NCBI GenBank assembly: GCA_030141605.1
Contig: JAQGDQ010000221.1
Coordinates: forward strand, 1 to 64,000
DNA length: 64,000 nucleotides
DNA from: Tubiluchus corallicola
Taxonomy: Eukaryota > Animalia > Priapulida
Reading direction: 5' to 3'
Both the position numbers and the translations under genes were made by a program. The notes beneath the pieces were generated by a model. The model saw only the letters and a program-made list of their open reading frames with translations, was not told the origin of the DNA and ran no database searches. Numbering within the stretch: the first letter of the stretch is position 1; each line of letters begins with the position of its first letter. Of this stretch, positions 27,435 to 42,879 are shown piece after piece.

Positions 27435-27640
27435 AATTTATTCAATAAACTGTCGTAAGTCTTTGAAAATACTTTTGCTGGACAAAATTATTCAATAAAA
27501 TGTCGTAAGACGTTGAGAATACTTTTTGCTAGATAAAATTATTCAATAAACTGCTGTAAGTCTTTGAGAGTATATTTTGGTAGATAAAATTAATCAATAA
27601 ACTGTCGTAATACGTTAAGAATACTTTTGCTGGATACAAC
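27435..27640. repeat. ~50-bp tandem repeat, ~4 copies
   Basis: aaattattcaataaactgtcgtaag...gaatacttttgctgga repeated. Confidence 0.85.
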
Positions 27641-27794
27641 TTAAACTATATTTTCTTGGAGTTAAAACACTTTTGTAAGTAACTACAAACACGGCTAAAT
27701 GCAGAAAAGGTGGCAAAAATAGCCACATACTGAGACTAAGTACACTATAAATCATGATTAAAAATTTTATTCATTAAAAACGACTAATTCTTTG

Positions 27795-27963
<169 letters not shown>

Positions 27964-29236
27964 GTTATGTTGCCCGTGAATTGAAAATATATGTGTAAAA
28001 CACCTCGGAAAAGGTTTAGCATTAATATTAAAATTAGAAACATTTTACTAATAGACCACATTACTATCTCTCAAGTAAATTGTCTAAAGACATTGCTCTC
28101 AACCTCCTCTCTTTGTATAGAAAAGTTTCCTGTCTGCAGATTTTTGTCTCGGGTTACGCCCACGTACTTAGCGTCTTTTACTAAGATATTTATCTATTAG
28201 TTCAAGGTAAATCCAGAGTCATCCACCAAGTGGCGTTTTTCTCTACTTTCAGCTACTGTACCTGCATTTGATTTCAGCAGGTCATTGCTGCACTACCGTC
28301 AGGTTTTAATCTTTTCTCGAAGCTTCTGTAACGTCGCTGGATACTGTTTCATTCAAACAGTTTTTGTGACGTTGGAGATCAATATGGGCTTATTACGTAT
28401 AGCTGGTTTATACTGTGTGTGCAAAGCTTGCAGAAACGGGATAGACTGGCATTTAAACGGGAAAGAAATCCAAATAAATGTTTAATGGAGTTTGGCTTCA
28501 ATATCGCGCAAAAGAATGTTGAATGGTCTGAGTAACAGTGGTAGTAGTAGTTGTTGTAGTGGTAGTGGTAGTGGTAGTAGTAGTTGTTGTAGTGGTAGTT
28601 GTAGTGGTAGTAGTAGTGGTAGTAGTAGTGGTAATAGTAGTGGTAGTGGCAGTAGTGGCGGCCACGTGAATGTGACAAAAAGGCGCCGTTGCCAATCTTA
28701 GTAAATTCACTGAGCCGCGCGTAGCTTTGAAAGTTTAACAAAATTTGAGTATCCGAGGTAATTATTATTTAATACAAGCTTTGATATAAAAAAAGCTATT
28801 GCAGTTTTCATATTTTAGAGCATTCTTTATTCTGAACTAATGTCTACAGAATCGTAAGGTTTTCCTTTAATAGAACCTTCGTTTTGATTGGATAACGGAT
28901 TGAAGCTGCGGCATTCATGAGCTTACTGTACCACGGCTTCAAAACCTTTAGCTCAGCTTATTTAACCAGCGTACAGCGTAACATGATCATTAATGTTACA
29001 TTAATTGTAATTAAATTACTGTACAGCCTCTACACGTGACATAATATTAAGTAGCACAAAATGGCAATGCCAGTTTTCACCAACAGGGGACGCAGCGTTG
29101 ACGACACAGCACTCGAAATAGTTCCAAGTGAACAACAATGAGGTTAGTTACAATGAGTTCCTATTCTTTGCTATTCTGTGTTCGCTTCGTATTTAATAAA
29201 AATGAACATTGACTAATGACTGTTTATTCTTACTAA

Positions 29237-29850
29237 AGGACAAGAAACGGGGTACCTAAAGTAGGTTTCAGAAAAATCGCCTTAAAAATTACATTACATT
29301 ATAGCAATTTTATTCGTATATCGTACTCGCGTTGAAAGGATTTTTTGTTTGTTTTCATTTTAAATCTCCCGCAATCCTGTTCCGGCAAGGCCACATTACA
29401 TAACGTCACTTAAGTAAACGTAAATCAGGGGAAGAAAAGGAAATGTTAAATTATGTCTCAAAAAACTTTCCATGCAAACTTATATCACTTAGCATTTCGC
29501 TTACCTGTTGGAAAGACTTATGTAACTAGAAAAGAAAATTATTTAAAATGTTTTCACCAATTGGAAAATGTCGCTGACTCACCCTCCAGCGTGCACCACT
29601 CACTAACCAAAAAACGCATTTTTAATCTTATTGACAAGATACAGTAATTTAAAATTTTACTTAGTCAGTGACGTGTGTTTTACGAATACTCTAATTATTT
29701 TTCAAACATTACACAATGTTATCTAAACCTGTTTCAAATAACATCATCAACATGGCTGCGTCTAACGGTCATCGCGTGTAGTATGTAAGTGGTATAAAAT
29801 TTCAAGGCGAATTTTTTAACTTTTATGTAAGTGGAGGATTTTCTTGTGTT
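29237..29850 (+). mobile_element. Kolobok-like MITE family A
   Basis: aggacaagaaacggggtacc ... ttttcttgtgtt|ttaa. Confidence 0.8.
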
Positions 29851-32800
29851 TTAAATGCTGCGCCTTGCCTTCTTAATTGATACTGACCACATTTTAGACA
29901 ACAACTGTTTGTGGTGTGTTAAACAATCTCCTAAAAATTTGATATAAAATTATATCTAATCGGTAATCAGTAATATTACTGATCGGAGTTTTTCTACTGT
30001 GCAACAAATACATTTTAGTTGAGAACAGATATATACAACTGGTTATTAAGAAACATAGATAGTTAGGTCAAAAACACAAATAATTCCTTAGTTATAGGTA
30101 TTTATAAAATTCTTCTAGCGTTGGGCATGGTAGAATTTTAGACCACAACTGTTTGTGGTGTGTTAAGTAATCTCCTAAAAAATTGATGTAAATTGGCGGT
30201 AATTAAATGATGTGGAGCTATATGTGATATTGTTCCCCCATTTAAACAGTTACAGAAACGATTTGTTAAATTTTACCATAGTTGCTTATATAGTGAAAAT
30301 CACATAGCCAATTTCTTCATACAATATTCTCGATTTCATGCTTCTTGTAATGGGTTGTAATTTGTTATCTATTTGTAACGAGTACCAAACGTTTTACACA
30401 AATGAAAATTCTCTTTCGAAAGTTTTTCTTGTACATTAGATGTAGGTAGTAATGTTAACAAAGAGCAAATACGGACTGTAAATTTCATTGAAGAAGTTAT
30501 ATGGTCTCTAGAACGTAATTGTTTTGATTTTTTGACAGGAATGTGTTGTACGCCATATTAACATATCATCCTCTCACTTAGTTGTGAAAAATCCCATTTA
30601 GAAAAGTCCCATGTAGCAAAATCCCTGCTGAGAATCGTATATGTTGATATTGTTTAAAAAATGAAATCGAAGACGAATTACACTTTGTTATAAAATACCC
30701 ATATTACAATGATTATAGAATAAAATTATATAAGCACGTCAATGTAATTATTCCGGAATTTTTTCTTATGAGCGATGCTGATAAATTTTTACTTTTGATG
30801 GGAAGTAATGATTTTGAAGTAATTATGGCATTTATTAATTATGTTGAAAAAGCGTTTTAAGACATGATGAACAACATACTATGTAATGATCATATAATTG
30901 AAAATGAGACCTAATGAAAATTTATTTTAAATACTAATCATTAAACTTTTCATTTAAATTACTAATATAACTAGCAGGAAGATTTAATAATATTTGTTTT
31001 ATTAGTAATTGTTTTGTTTGTATATAGTATCATTATATTTCAATGTTGAAATTGTATGTATGTTTTGTATGCATTTTTGACACTAATAAATAAATATCTA
31101 ATTGTAGATATTCACATTGCTTACCTATCTTGTCAATTAATGTTATTTTGATTGTTGATCTGTTTATTTATTTGATGTGACTGCACCACGAGTACGAATA
31201 AAAAATATATAATATATGTATTGATCTGTTTGTATATTTGATGTTACCACAAGTACAAATAAAAATGATATATATGTATTGATCTGTTTGTATATTTGAT
31301 GTTAAGGCGAGTACGAATAAAAATGATATAGATACATATATACGGTCTACGAAATAAACTACTAAATATACACATCAAAGAACAGTTAAAAAGAAGGATA
31401 ACGGAATTTGGATTCTGAACCATTGGCATTCGATGTTATTTTCATGTTAATGCTGAAATTTAATTTCGATTTGCGCTTTTGTTGACATGGTAGGTTTTTG
31501 TGAGCACCGCATTATAAATAAATATGCAAATTAAGCATTTGAAAAACACAGAAGTCACATCGTTTACTGATATTCAAAAATGATACACATTTGTAACACA
31601 CCACAAGCACTTAAAGCCGCTGTTCTCTTATAAACTCAAAAATGATGTCTACAGATTGCATGAAATGGTTTCTAATTGGTGATCTAAAATATTCCCACCT
31701 TAACTAATATGCGCCTCTTTTCTGCCTCTCTCTCCTATCCCTTTCTGTTATCTGTCTTTCTCACTCTTCTCTTCCTTTTTTCATTTTCCCTTCAATCTAT
31801 ATTGATCAGGTTCTTACTAAGCTTTCTTAGATTTTTAGAACCTCAGTTTGTCAGATTTATTCTAATTTCTATTATTATCATTATGTTTTTATCATGTTAT
31901 TTCATTCACCCAGTATTTAATTTCTATAAATTTTTATCAATTATTTTTCTGTCGTAATTTTAGATTAGTTTTGACATTTAAGAAAGCCAATATAGTTTCT
32001 CTAATCTTCAATACCCTTGAAAATCCTGGGGGGTTGAGTAGCGCATTTTGCATCAGTTTTGCTCAGACATCACAGGAGCAACGTTGCTCAAAACATTGGC
32101 TTAATATGATTTTCTAGAAATCAATTTTGTTGCTGTCAGACGCGCGGTCGTAACGTTAAGTCGCTAGAGATTTGATGCGCAATTACTCTAGCCACAGATT
32201 CGTGTTGTGTCTCAAGACAATTTGAGCCACTGATTCATTCTGCTCAGAAAGACTCGCTGGGACCTAGAAGCATGTGCTTTCATTAATTTATTAATAATCA
32301 TAATTTCGTGATTAATAATTAATGTTGGTTAGTTAATATTAATAATAATAAAAACAACAACAGCAGCAGCATCAATAACAACAACAACTACTACAACAAC
32401 AACAACAACAACAACAACAGCAACGCTTTATTTTACAAACATAAACACAAGTATAATTAACAAATCACAAGCTTACTATAATATAAATAACAACGCATAC
32501 AGGAACACCCTATAAATACATGGATCTTTTTAAGCGTCGTTTGTGAGCGAGAGAGAGAGAGAGAAGGAGAGGGAAAGGGATAGGGAGAGAGAGAGAGAGG
32601 GGGGAGGTAGGGATGGAGAGAGAGAGAGAGAGAGAGAGTAAAGAGAGGGGGAGGAAGAGAAGTAGGGAGGGAGTAAAAGAGAGGAGGGAGAGAGAGGGAC
32701 CAGTGGCGTGAGAGGTCCAAATAACAGTAAAAAAACAACGGAAAGAAAGACTACTGTCTCAAATGAGGGTTTTCCCAAAGAAGAAATTTCGTTTAGCGAA

Positions 32801-33270
32801 TAAAAAACAGAAACTGGCTTCACGTTTGGCGAAATGCAGGCTAATGATGCATCTGATGCGGACGCAGTGCCTCTTTTCTGCTTTGGAGACATTTTTAACA
32901 ACGAAGCTTTCATAATAATAATAATAACAATAACAAACATAAACAGAGCACAATTAACAAATCACACACTTAAATAAACAACGCATACAGCAACACCTAC
33001 AAATACTGGGCTCTTTTAAGCGAAGTTGGTATTTTAAAAATATCATAATTTATAACAAACACATTTACATCACAATGCTGATTGAATACATTAAATCTTA
33101 GCAAAATGAATTCGTACCTCTAAATTTAGAATCATGTATTGTTATAGAATCTAAATTTTTAGCTATATAAAGGATTCAGGATCGATTGCAGACGCAGACC
33201 CTACAGTTTCATACTTGCTTCCGTTCGGTTCATATTTAGCTTCGAAAACATGTGGTTCAACAGGGTGTTT

Positions 33271-33578
33271 TTCATATCCTACACCACTCTGAAGTACGGT
33301 AAAAGTGTACATTTGAACAGCTATAATAGTGCCAAAGTGTTTCGAATTTCATATCCTACACCACTCTGAAGTACGGTAAAAGTGTACATTTGAACAGCTA
33401 TAATAATGCCAAGGTGTTTCTGATTTCATATCCTACACCACTCTGAAGTACGGTAAAAGTGTACATTTTAACAGCTATAATAATGCCAAGGTGTTTCTGA
33501 TTTCATATCCTACACCACTCTGAAGTACGGTAAAAGTGTGCATTCTAACAGCTATAATAATGCCAAAGTGTTTCTGAT
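33271..33578. repeat. 77-bp tandem repeat, 4 near-identical copies
   Basis: ttcatatcctacaccactctgaagtacgg starts at 33271, 33348, 33425, 33502. Confidence 0.95.
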
Positions 33579-34489
33579 AATAAAATAATAGCTTAAAGGA
33601 AATGTCAAGCCTTCTAGGAAGTAGTCTTATTTCAATGTTCACGAAAAATGTCAAAAGGATTTAGTAACAAAACTGCAATAAGCGCCTCGTGTAACAAGTA
33701 AAATCACTTTAAAGTCGCGGTCACTTCATGCTTGGGTGCGCTCCCATTTTCAACACCCATTCTCCTCCCAATGACGTCATTTGTCTTGAACGAAGGTAGC
33801 GCACTGTCAATCTTCATGAAAGTATAATAAGTTTTTACAAAAAAATAAGACAGATAATTTTGCGATATTTTTGCATAAATATTAGGTAAGCTTCAAACAG
33901 CAACAAACAAGGACTTTAACTAAGGCAACTACAGCAACAACAACAACCACAGCAACAGCAACAACAAAGACATTAGCAACAGCAACGAACAAGGACATTA
34001 ACAACAGCAACTACTACAACAACGGCAACGACAACGGCAACAACTACAGCAACAACAAACATTAACAATACCAAATACAACAGCAACAAACAAAGACATT
34101 AACAACAGCAACAACAAGGACATTAACAACAGCAACTACAACAGCAACAAGAACACGAACAACAGCAACTACGGCAACAACAAGGGCATTGACAATGGCA
34201 ACTACAGCAACAGCAACAACAAGGGCATTAACAACGGCAACTACAGCAACAACAAGGACACCAACAGCAACAAACAAGGACATTAGCAACGGCAACTGCT
34301 ACAGCAGATTTGCTTGCCTAGCTGTCCGCCTGTTTGGAGGCATGCTAATTTGCTCGTCTAGCTGCCTGTCATTTGCTCGCGCGCCTAGCTGATGAAAACA
34401 ATAGACGTGTATAACAAACCACACTCCAGTGAATTCACGAAACTTGTAATAATTATTGAGTTTTTTATGACAACGAAGTAGTCCATTTT

Positions 34490-35142
34490 CGTCAAAAGTT
34501 TCACAGTGTTAACTCAAATGAAATGATAGCAAGCATTATCTAGGCGCCACGTCACAGTGATGTCATTCCAATCAATAGTTGCACAAACTCAACTAAGATG
34601 ACCTTTACAACGAAACGATGTTAAACATTATTTAGCGGAGACGTCACGCTGAGGTCATCTCCGTCAGAAATTTCACAAAACTCAACTTAAACGACCTCTA
34701 CAGAGAAATGATGATAAACATTATTTAGGCGCGACGTCACAATGATGTCATTTACATCAAAAGTTAGGCAAACTCAAATCAAACGATCACTACAAAAAAA
34801 TGATGTTCAACATTATGTAGGCGTGACGTCACTATGATGTCATTTACATCAAATATTTTGCAAACTCAACCCAAACGGCCTCTACAAAGAAGTGATATTA
34901 AACATGATCTGGGCATGACGTCACTATGATGTCACTTACATCAAAGTTTCACAAACTCAACTCAAATAATTACCATAAAGAAATAATATCCAACATTATC
35001 TAGACATGACGTCACCATGATGTCATTTCCATCAAAAGTTTGGCAAACTCAAATTAAATCAAATCAAGTCAAATCAAATCAAATCAAAACTACAAACGAT
35101 TGATGTCCAACATTATCCAGTCATGACGTCACAAGATGTCAC
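34490..35142. repeat. ~92-bp diverged tandem repeat, ~7 copies, rich in TGACGTCA
   Basis: aacattat.tag.c.tgacgtcac.atgatgtcatt...atcaaaagtt...caaactcaa recurs at ~92-nt spacing. Confidence 0.9.
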
Positions 35143-37209
35143 TCGTCAAGCTGTTATATAAATGGGTCGAAAAGATTGAAAAGGGATTAAAATCATTTGC
35201 CTCCCATTTGCCTGAGTGGTAAACAGAGGGCTTCGTCAGCTTTGCATGAATTCCGTCAATCCACAAACCAATTTCTAATGCAATCACAACAAATTCCACT
35301 GTATTGATTTCCACATTAGAGACTTTATTGTCGTTTGAAATTCTCCAATAGACTGACGATTTTGCTTCCTCAAAAACTAATGCAATTCTCAAACCCCGGC
35401 GGAACGAAATTATTTACGTTGTTGCTTTTGACTTCGGGTTTTTTGGCGTTTGATGTTTTATCTGGTAGTCATTGTGGGATGTAACGGAAGCGGTGATGGC
35501 AAAAACGGTACATAGAAACTAATGGACTTGATACATCGTATGTATCGTTACCACTACTGCTATTGCAACTGCTACTGTTACTCATTACTGTTATTAATGA
35601 CTGTTACTGTTGCAGTTACTGCTATTTTAAATAGTAGTCTACTACAGCTATTAGTGTTTCTGTTAATATTGCTATTACTGATGCTGTTGCTGTGGCTGTG
35701 GCTGTGGCTGTTATTGTTACTGTTATTGTAGCAGTTGCTGTTGTTGTTGCTGTCGCCGCTGCCACTGCCGCTGCCGCTACCACTGTTACTGTTACCGTTA
35801 CCGTTACTGTTACCAATACTGTTGCCGCTACTGTTACCATTACCATTACCATTACCATTACCATTACTATTACTAATACTATTACTATTATAGATATCTT
35901 TCATATTATTATCTCCATCCACGAACGATTTATCTCTCAAAGAGAATTTTTTAAAATTACAAAAACGATGCTCTTGTTCATTTTCATTGATCTGGTAACT
36001 AGGCATAAATCGTAACAGCGCAGATAAAGTCGTAAATGTTTTGCCTGCAATTCTATTATTTTATTGCAGCTTCTAATTCATTGCAATTTAATTAGATAAT
36101 GATGCGCCGGTAGATTTATTACAGCTACTCAGAGGAGCTCAGTTAACATCATTGACACAGAGTTTAGTGATACAAATGCACTAATCACAAATAACTGCTT
36201 TATATCATACGAGTGCGTAGGGAAAATAAATTTGTTAATCCCCCCCCCTCTTCGCAAGGCAGGTTTCTAACTCTAAACGGTCCGTGCCTTAATAATTTCG
36301 TGCACGAAGTTCGTAAGCTTTTTTAAATTCTTGCAAGCGTTAGGCATAAGGTCAAGGGCAACTGTCAAAATGAAATGTCAAAGTCACTGAGAAACTTGTC
36401 TTCACATAAACTTCAGTCTGTTACATGCTTTGGTAGAAAAACTAGATTAGTTGATCTGTATCAGTTGTAGCCCAAAGGTTACACTTATGGTCAAAAGTAG
36501 GCCGAGGTCAAGGTTGAGGTCAGTTGTTTACAATAAAACATCAAAAGCGCATGTAACTGCAAGACTAATAGATCTACACATTACGAGATGTGTCACCATA
36601 TGATTGCCCCCTCCTGTACAGGGAATGGTGTCATGACTCATTTCTCCAAAAACCTCCTTAATTTTTTATTTATCACAATAAGGAATGGAAAGATTTTATT
36701 ATAGATATCAAGATAAGAAACACTAAATAACGGAACTATAGAAATGTTTCGCAACTGAGCACAGCAGGGAGGCTCATCGCTTTCTAATACCCTGTATGCA
36801 CTCCATGTTTGCCCCCCCCCCTTCCTTGCACGTTCAAAATATGTCAGCTTTGCTCAGTTACATATGACATTGTAATGAAAACGGATATAGCTTAGGATGT
36901 AATTTACACAAGCTAGTTATAATTGCTGCAGTTGGCATGAAAAGAGGTACCCTCCGGGGCTCCAGGCGTTACACAAATATTGACGATGGAGGTAACCTTT
37001 CACTAGAGCTTGATAATCCTGGAAACGCATTGTGGTTTCGCTCTGGGATGAAGCCAAGTTGCTAGGTTCTGTAGATCTGTGTTTCATTAACTCGACTGTT
37101 TTTGTCTGGCTTGGTTGTGGTATGGTAGCCGCGAGGGGTCACAGTGTAATTCGATTCAGCTAGCTTCTCTACGCGTCCTGCAGGATGGAAGAATACCGCC
37201 TGCTTCAGT

Positions 37210-37710
37210 GGTGATGTTGATGATGACGATGGTGATGATGATCACAATGTAGATCGTGATGATGACGCGATGATGATGATTATGGTGACGATGATGACGA
37301 CGACGACGATGATGATCATGATGGTGATTATGATGGCGATGATGACGAAGATAACGAAAATGATGATGACGATGATGGTGATCATGATGGTGATGATGAT
37401 GGCGATGATGACGAAGATAACGAAAATGTTGATGACGATGATGATGATAATGATGATGATGAAGATGAAGAGGAGGAGGAGGAGGAGGAGGAGGAGGAGG
37501 ACGACGACGACGACGACGACGACAACGACAATGATTATGATGATGATTTAGTTGGTGATAGTGACAACATGAGGAAAACAGTAGTACGGATATTGCAGAT
37601 ATATTAGGACGACTGTCGAAAATGATGATCAGGATGAGGATGAAGATGTTGGCGATGGCGACGATGACGACGATGACGATGACGATGACAAAGATGGTGA
37701 CGATGGTAGT
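37210..37710. repeat. (GAT/GAC/GAG)n degenerate microsatellite
   Basis: Direct inspection. Confidence 0.9.
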
Positions 37711-40136
37711 GAAATCAACAACGGAATAGGCGATTTCTTGTTTATTAACGTAGTTTCCGAAAGGTCACCACAATCAATTTTATATTCGAAGTTATCTAAA
37801 AACAATTACTCAGTCGTTTTAAAGTGCCAATGTTAAACTAAAGCGAATCAAATCTAGAAAATGGAGAATAATACACTTGCCTGATTATCGAGATCTTCTA
37901 AAGATGAGAGTTTCTCGTTGGGTTTCTATCCCGTCTAAGATTCTTTCCAAACAATATCACAATTTCCAAAGACGTATTCTTCACAGCTTTCTTATACGAA
38001 ACTGCTAATGATAATCTTTCTATTAACGATAACAGTGGGTACAGTACATTACAGTACTACGTACAGTACTACAGTGTATACCACGGTAGGTATAACCACT
38101 ACAGTCGGTAGACGGCGCTTAATCACACTGTGAATTAATAATTATCACAGCGTCATGTGCTACACCAAATATAGAGTTGATCTTTGAAAATGAACCACGC
38201 TTACTAAAACCAACGCTCTGCTTTAGGAAGACCGTAAAAATATTCAACTTTGATCCAATCTTGATATTGTATTTGGCTTTCTTGCTGTACAATGTTCCCT
38301 TTTAAAATTTCTTTGCGTTTGTTTTGAATACTGACGACTCTTGGCACGTTAATGAATTCATCATTTTACTCAGCGAAACTACATGACGTCATTTATTACG
38401 TCAGTAAAAACACACAAACAGAACTATTTAGCGCACGATGTAGTTTTTACGTTCCACTCGGCTTCAGTGGTTTTCTAAACTGGTACTGATGCAGCAGCTG
38501 CGGCTCGCGCATCTCTTATAATCTTGAAAGATGCTGCCGTTGTCAAGACAACTCGTAAAGCTGGTTTCCGAGGTAACCGGACTCGAGGCCTGACAAATGA
38601 TTACATTACATCCTACATAACTGCTCTAGAGACAGCTAAATACCACACGAATTCAGGAAGCCAAGGACTTGACCATTTTGAGAAGGGGTGTGTGAAAGCC
38701 TTTCATAAAAGAAGAGAATTAAAATTATGTCAGGGGAAAGTTGAGCTGCTACAGACGCAAGTTTATTAATTATAAATTACACTTCATAAATAATAATGGG
38801 GCATTGGTAGAGACATAAAACGATGTGAAATTATTAAAATGAATGTAGATCAGTTTGTAAATTGAAAATATATTTACATTTATATTTATTAGTGCCAAAA
38901 ATACAAACAGTAAAAAAACAAGAAATACATACAATTCAATTTTAAAACATACTGACACTGCAGACAAACTAAACAATTACTAATAAAACAAATCTTCCTG
39001 TCACCTATAATTAGTTATTTAAATGAAATGAATAGTTAGAATTTCAAATAAATTGTCATTCATTAAGCCTCATTTTCAATGATAAGATCATAATATAGTA
39101 TATTGTTCATCATGTCATAAAAACGCTTTTACAACATAATTAATAAATGCCATAACTACTTCTAAATCATTACTTCCTATCAAAAGTAAAAATTTATCAG
39201 CATCGCTCATAAGGAAAAATTCTGGAATAATTACATTGATGTGCTTATATAATTTTTCTCTAAGATCATTGTAGTATGGACATAATCAATAATCAATAAA
39301 TGCCTTAATTACTTTCTAAATCATTACTTCTCATCGGGAATAATAATTTATCAGCATCGTTGATGAGTAAAAATTCCCGTATAATTCATGTAAGACATTT
39401 GACAGTATTATAGAGTGTGTTGTAGAATTGGCAAACAGTTTTGGCAATTTATAAGATGAAAAAGCTGTTTTGCTCAAAAGTATCTGTATGTGAGTATTTC
39501 TATGGATGTGAATGAAGTATAAGCAGTATTAATTAGAAGCTTAAATTACTTGTTCGATTGTGTGCTTTGTTGATCCTCCCCATTCATTTGTTGGTCGAAC
39601 GAGTGAATGAATGGACGAACGAACGAACGAACGAACGAATAAACGAATAACTGAGTATATGTACGAAAGAACAAACAAACAAAGAAACGACTGAATGAAT
39701 GAAAAAATAAATAAATGACTAAGTAAATGATTGAATTAATAAACGAACGAATGATTGAATAAGTGAATGAACAAATGATTGTATGAATGAATAAATGAAT
39801 AAATGAATGAACTAACGAACGAATAAATGAACGGAATTTAGGCCCACACGCCTAGCCAATGAGAAGTGAACAAACTTGCACTTGCAAGCAACAACTTTGT
39901 TACTTTCATGGCATTTCCTTGCAGAAATCATTGAAGTCTGCGTTAATTTGTCTATCTGTCTCTAGTACAAAGTCAATACAGTGTAGCATTAATAAGTAAT
40001 TTGGATCTCGTCAATGCCAGCGGTTAGTAAAGCTCCTCTCATCACTGTGTCAATACAATATGAACTGAGCAAATATTGGACCTATTGGCAATGTGGTTGA
40101 GACAGTTCATTGTTCATTATGGTAGGGGGTGGGTGA

Positions 40137-40570
40137 CAGTGGCGGCTCGTAGCTAAAATGAGTAGGGGTGCTGCTTCAGAAAATTTTTAGCTGTAAAGCG
40201 TCCATTATTAAATAATTTATGTTTTAAGCACACACGCTAAGTTTACACCTTATCACATCCAAGAATATGACGGTACACGGTAAGCACGTGGCAATTGTTA
40301 CTGTGTTAGAGACAGTACTTTCTGTATCTAGAAGCAGAAGCCAGAGTACAGCGTGTTATCTCAGACATGTGCGCATGGCCACATGCGCACAACAGCCAAA
40401 CACACCATTGTGCTGGGCTGTGAAGCAAATTGTACTTCCCTCACGTGTTCCTACAAAAGTGTAAGGAAAGAGCTCAAGAAAAAAACTTGTTGTATTAAAT
40501 ATTATCGATAAAAATGAGTCAAAACAGGGGGCGCTGCAGTACCACAGTACCTACACACGAGCCGCCACTG
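40137..40570 (+). mobile_element. hAT-like MITE family C, intact ends
   Basis: Perfect TIR cagtggcggctcgt / acgagccgccactg and perfect 8-bp TSD gtgggtga (40129-40136, 40571-40578). Confidence 0.92.
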
Positions 40571-40994
40571 GTGGGTGAGAGTGCGGGGGTGGCCATTTAA
40601 GGTACTTTTACCTTGCGGGTTTAACTGGTCTCGGTCATCGCTGTAACGTTGGCTTCTTTAACAATAATTACTGCAGTTAGTGTATGCGGGTATCTCCATC
40701 TATTGGTCATTCACGCAAGTAGATTTAAATCGTTGTTGTTTGGCGAAGGTGATTTTATAGATACAACCAAACGTGGTTGTGACACTGAACCAGCTGGAAA
40801 TCACTGTTGCTATTGTAATTGTTCTTGTTGTGGTGGTGGTGGTGAAAATTTAAATGAAGGAGTGAATAAATAGGTGAATGAAAACTGAATTAATAAATTA
40901 ATATCATATGAATGGATGAATTAACCAATGAATGAATGAATTAATGAAAGCACGAATGAACGAATGCGCCGATGAATGAACGAATAGATAGACT

Positions 40995-41215
40995 AATGAA
41001 TAAATGAATGATTGAATGAATGAATGAATGAATGAATGAATGAATGAATGAATGAATGAATGAATGAATGAATGAATGAATGAATGAATGAATGAATGAA
41101 TGAATGAATGAATGAATGAATGAATGAATGAATGAATGAATGAATGAATGAATGAATGAATGAATGAATGAATGAATGAATGAATGAATGAATGAATGAA
41201 TAAATGAATGAGTAA
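40995..41215. repeat. (GAAT)n microsatellite
   Basis: Direct inspection. Confidence 0.95.
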
Positions 41216-42137
41216 ACGGTTGATTGAACAAATGAACAAGCAATCTGCTGTTAACAATGTGAACTGATCAAACCAGCTGTGTTATGGTAGCCATATCACT
41301 ACAAACACATGAAGCTTTTTATATTAAACACACAAATTGATTCATCTGAGCACTTGACATTTACTGGCACTTTGTTAAAATTGCAATTTAGTCAAATGGG
41401 ATGCGTGTAAGCCTGCCATACTAAGGGCCATTGTATTGCACGTTCGTAATAAATGAGACAAAATTCAAAGCTTGTAACTTTCAAGAGTCGTTCAGCGTTC
41501 AAGCAAAACGCAATTTGCTTAATGTATCTATGGTCAGTGGAGTAGAAATCTATGACGCGGACGTAATTTATGGCTCGACAATGTCACGCAGGGGGATGTA
41601 GTCCATAGATCTGTAATCGGTCTGGGTTGTATGGCCGAGCAGTTTAGATTTCGGACTGCAACCAAGCAGTCTTGAGTTCGAAACTAGCGGCTGCAAATGC
41701 CAGGCATATACCCTACATGTTATTCGTTGTTTGTGTTGGAAGCTCATTTCCGAAGTAAGCAAGTTTATATTTGCTCTGTATAAATAAGTATGAAGTACTT
41801 GAAGAAAGAGTACATAACTACTTCTGTAGTTTTTGTGCAAGTATGTATATAGGAAACCTGTCTTATCGCATCATTAACCATGTAATTGTTTAATGGATAG
41901 GCCTGGTATAAAGTTCAAGGCAGGAAATAACTCGTTGGAAAAGATCTAGCGGCCGTGGTAGTTGACGGAGCAGGTCTTTCCCCACGTCTAGAGGCAAAGC
42001 TATCTGTTAACTTAATATGTACTAACTGTAGTTAAAGGGAAGTTAGCTTTTCCCTACGCGTCTAGAGGCAAATCTATCTCTAAACTTAGTAAAGACAGTA
42101 GGTTTGTGCTGTATAAATGACTGTATGAAGTACTTAA

Positions 42138-42509
42138 AGCACAAGAAAACCCTCCACTTTCTAAAAGCTTAAGAAATTCGTCTTAAAAATTTATACCGCT
42201 TACATACTGCCTTTTTGCACGCAGGACTTGCGTCGGCCGTAACGCTGTACAAAGCTTGTAAAGTTTTGATTGTTAGGCGCAGCCATCTTGAAGTTAAGTT
42301 TTTTGAAGAAGTTTATATAACATTGCGTGAAGTTTTAAAAAATAATCAGAGCATTCGAAACACACATGATATAACTTTGCATGGAGAGTCTTTTGGGACA
42401 TAATTTAGCATTTCCTTTTCTTCCCCAGATTTACGTTGTGCGTATATGACGTAACGTAATGGCGCGGTCGGAACGGTATTGCAAGTGATTTAAAATGAAT
42501 ACTTGTCCT
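42138..42509 (-). mobile_element. Kolobok-like MITE family A, internally deleted
   Basis: ttaa|agcacaag ... cttgtcct|ttaa. Confidence 0.8.
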
Positions 42510-42879
42510 TTAAAGGTTCTAACAATGTAAGTTATTATTAATTTATTCCAATATAGTCTATATAATTTTTTATAACGGTTCTTAGTTATAGCCATACCTT
42601 TTAATCATGCAATGAGTTCTCTTTTACCCAATGCAAATTAAACTAAATGTAAATACTTGTGTTTCAGAATAAAGAAACTTTTCGTCAACACGTTAAACTA
42701 GTGTTTGTATCCATTTCTACTCATATTTAGTTAAAATTTAGCTAACATTCTACGCGCACGCACACACGCACACACACACACACACACATACACACGCAAA
42801 TATACACATACACTTTAAAATGGACGTGGGTAAATAAAATTTGCGGATGAACATTAAATTATCATTAACATATGTAGGA

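Noticed and set aside
35129-35545. Possible fourth decayed LRR paralog (FVPPGF, KVSNVEIN; 15-nt match to the main gene's 5' region)
   Set aside because: Similarity is patchy across frames with stops, and a 15-mer match is expected by chance at this scale; needs tBLASTn.
36900-41720. Exon-like minus-strand islands at ~37.1, 37.9, 38.5, 40.7 and 41.6 kb
   Set aside because: Plausible acceptors but stops in most frames and no recognisable product; cannot be supported without transcripts.
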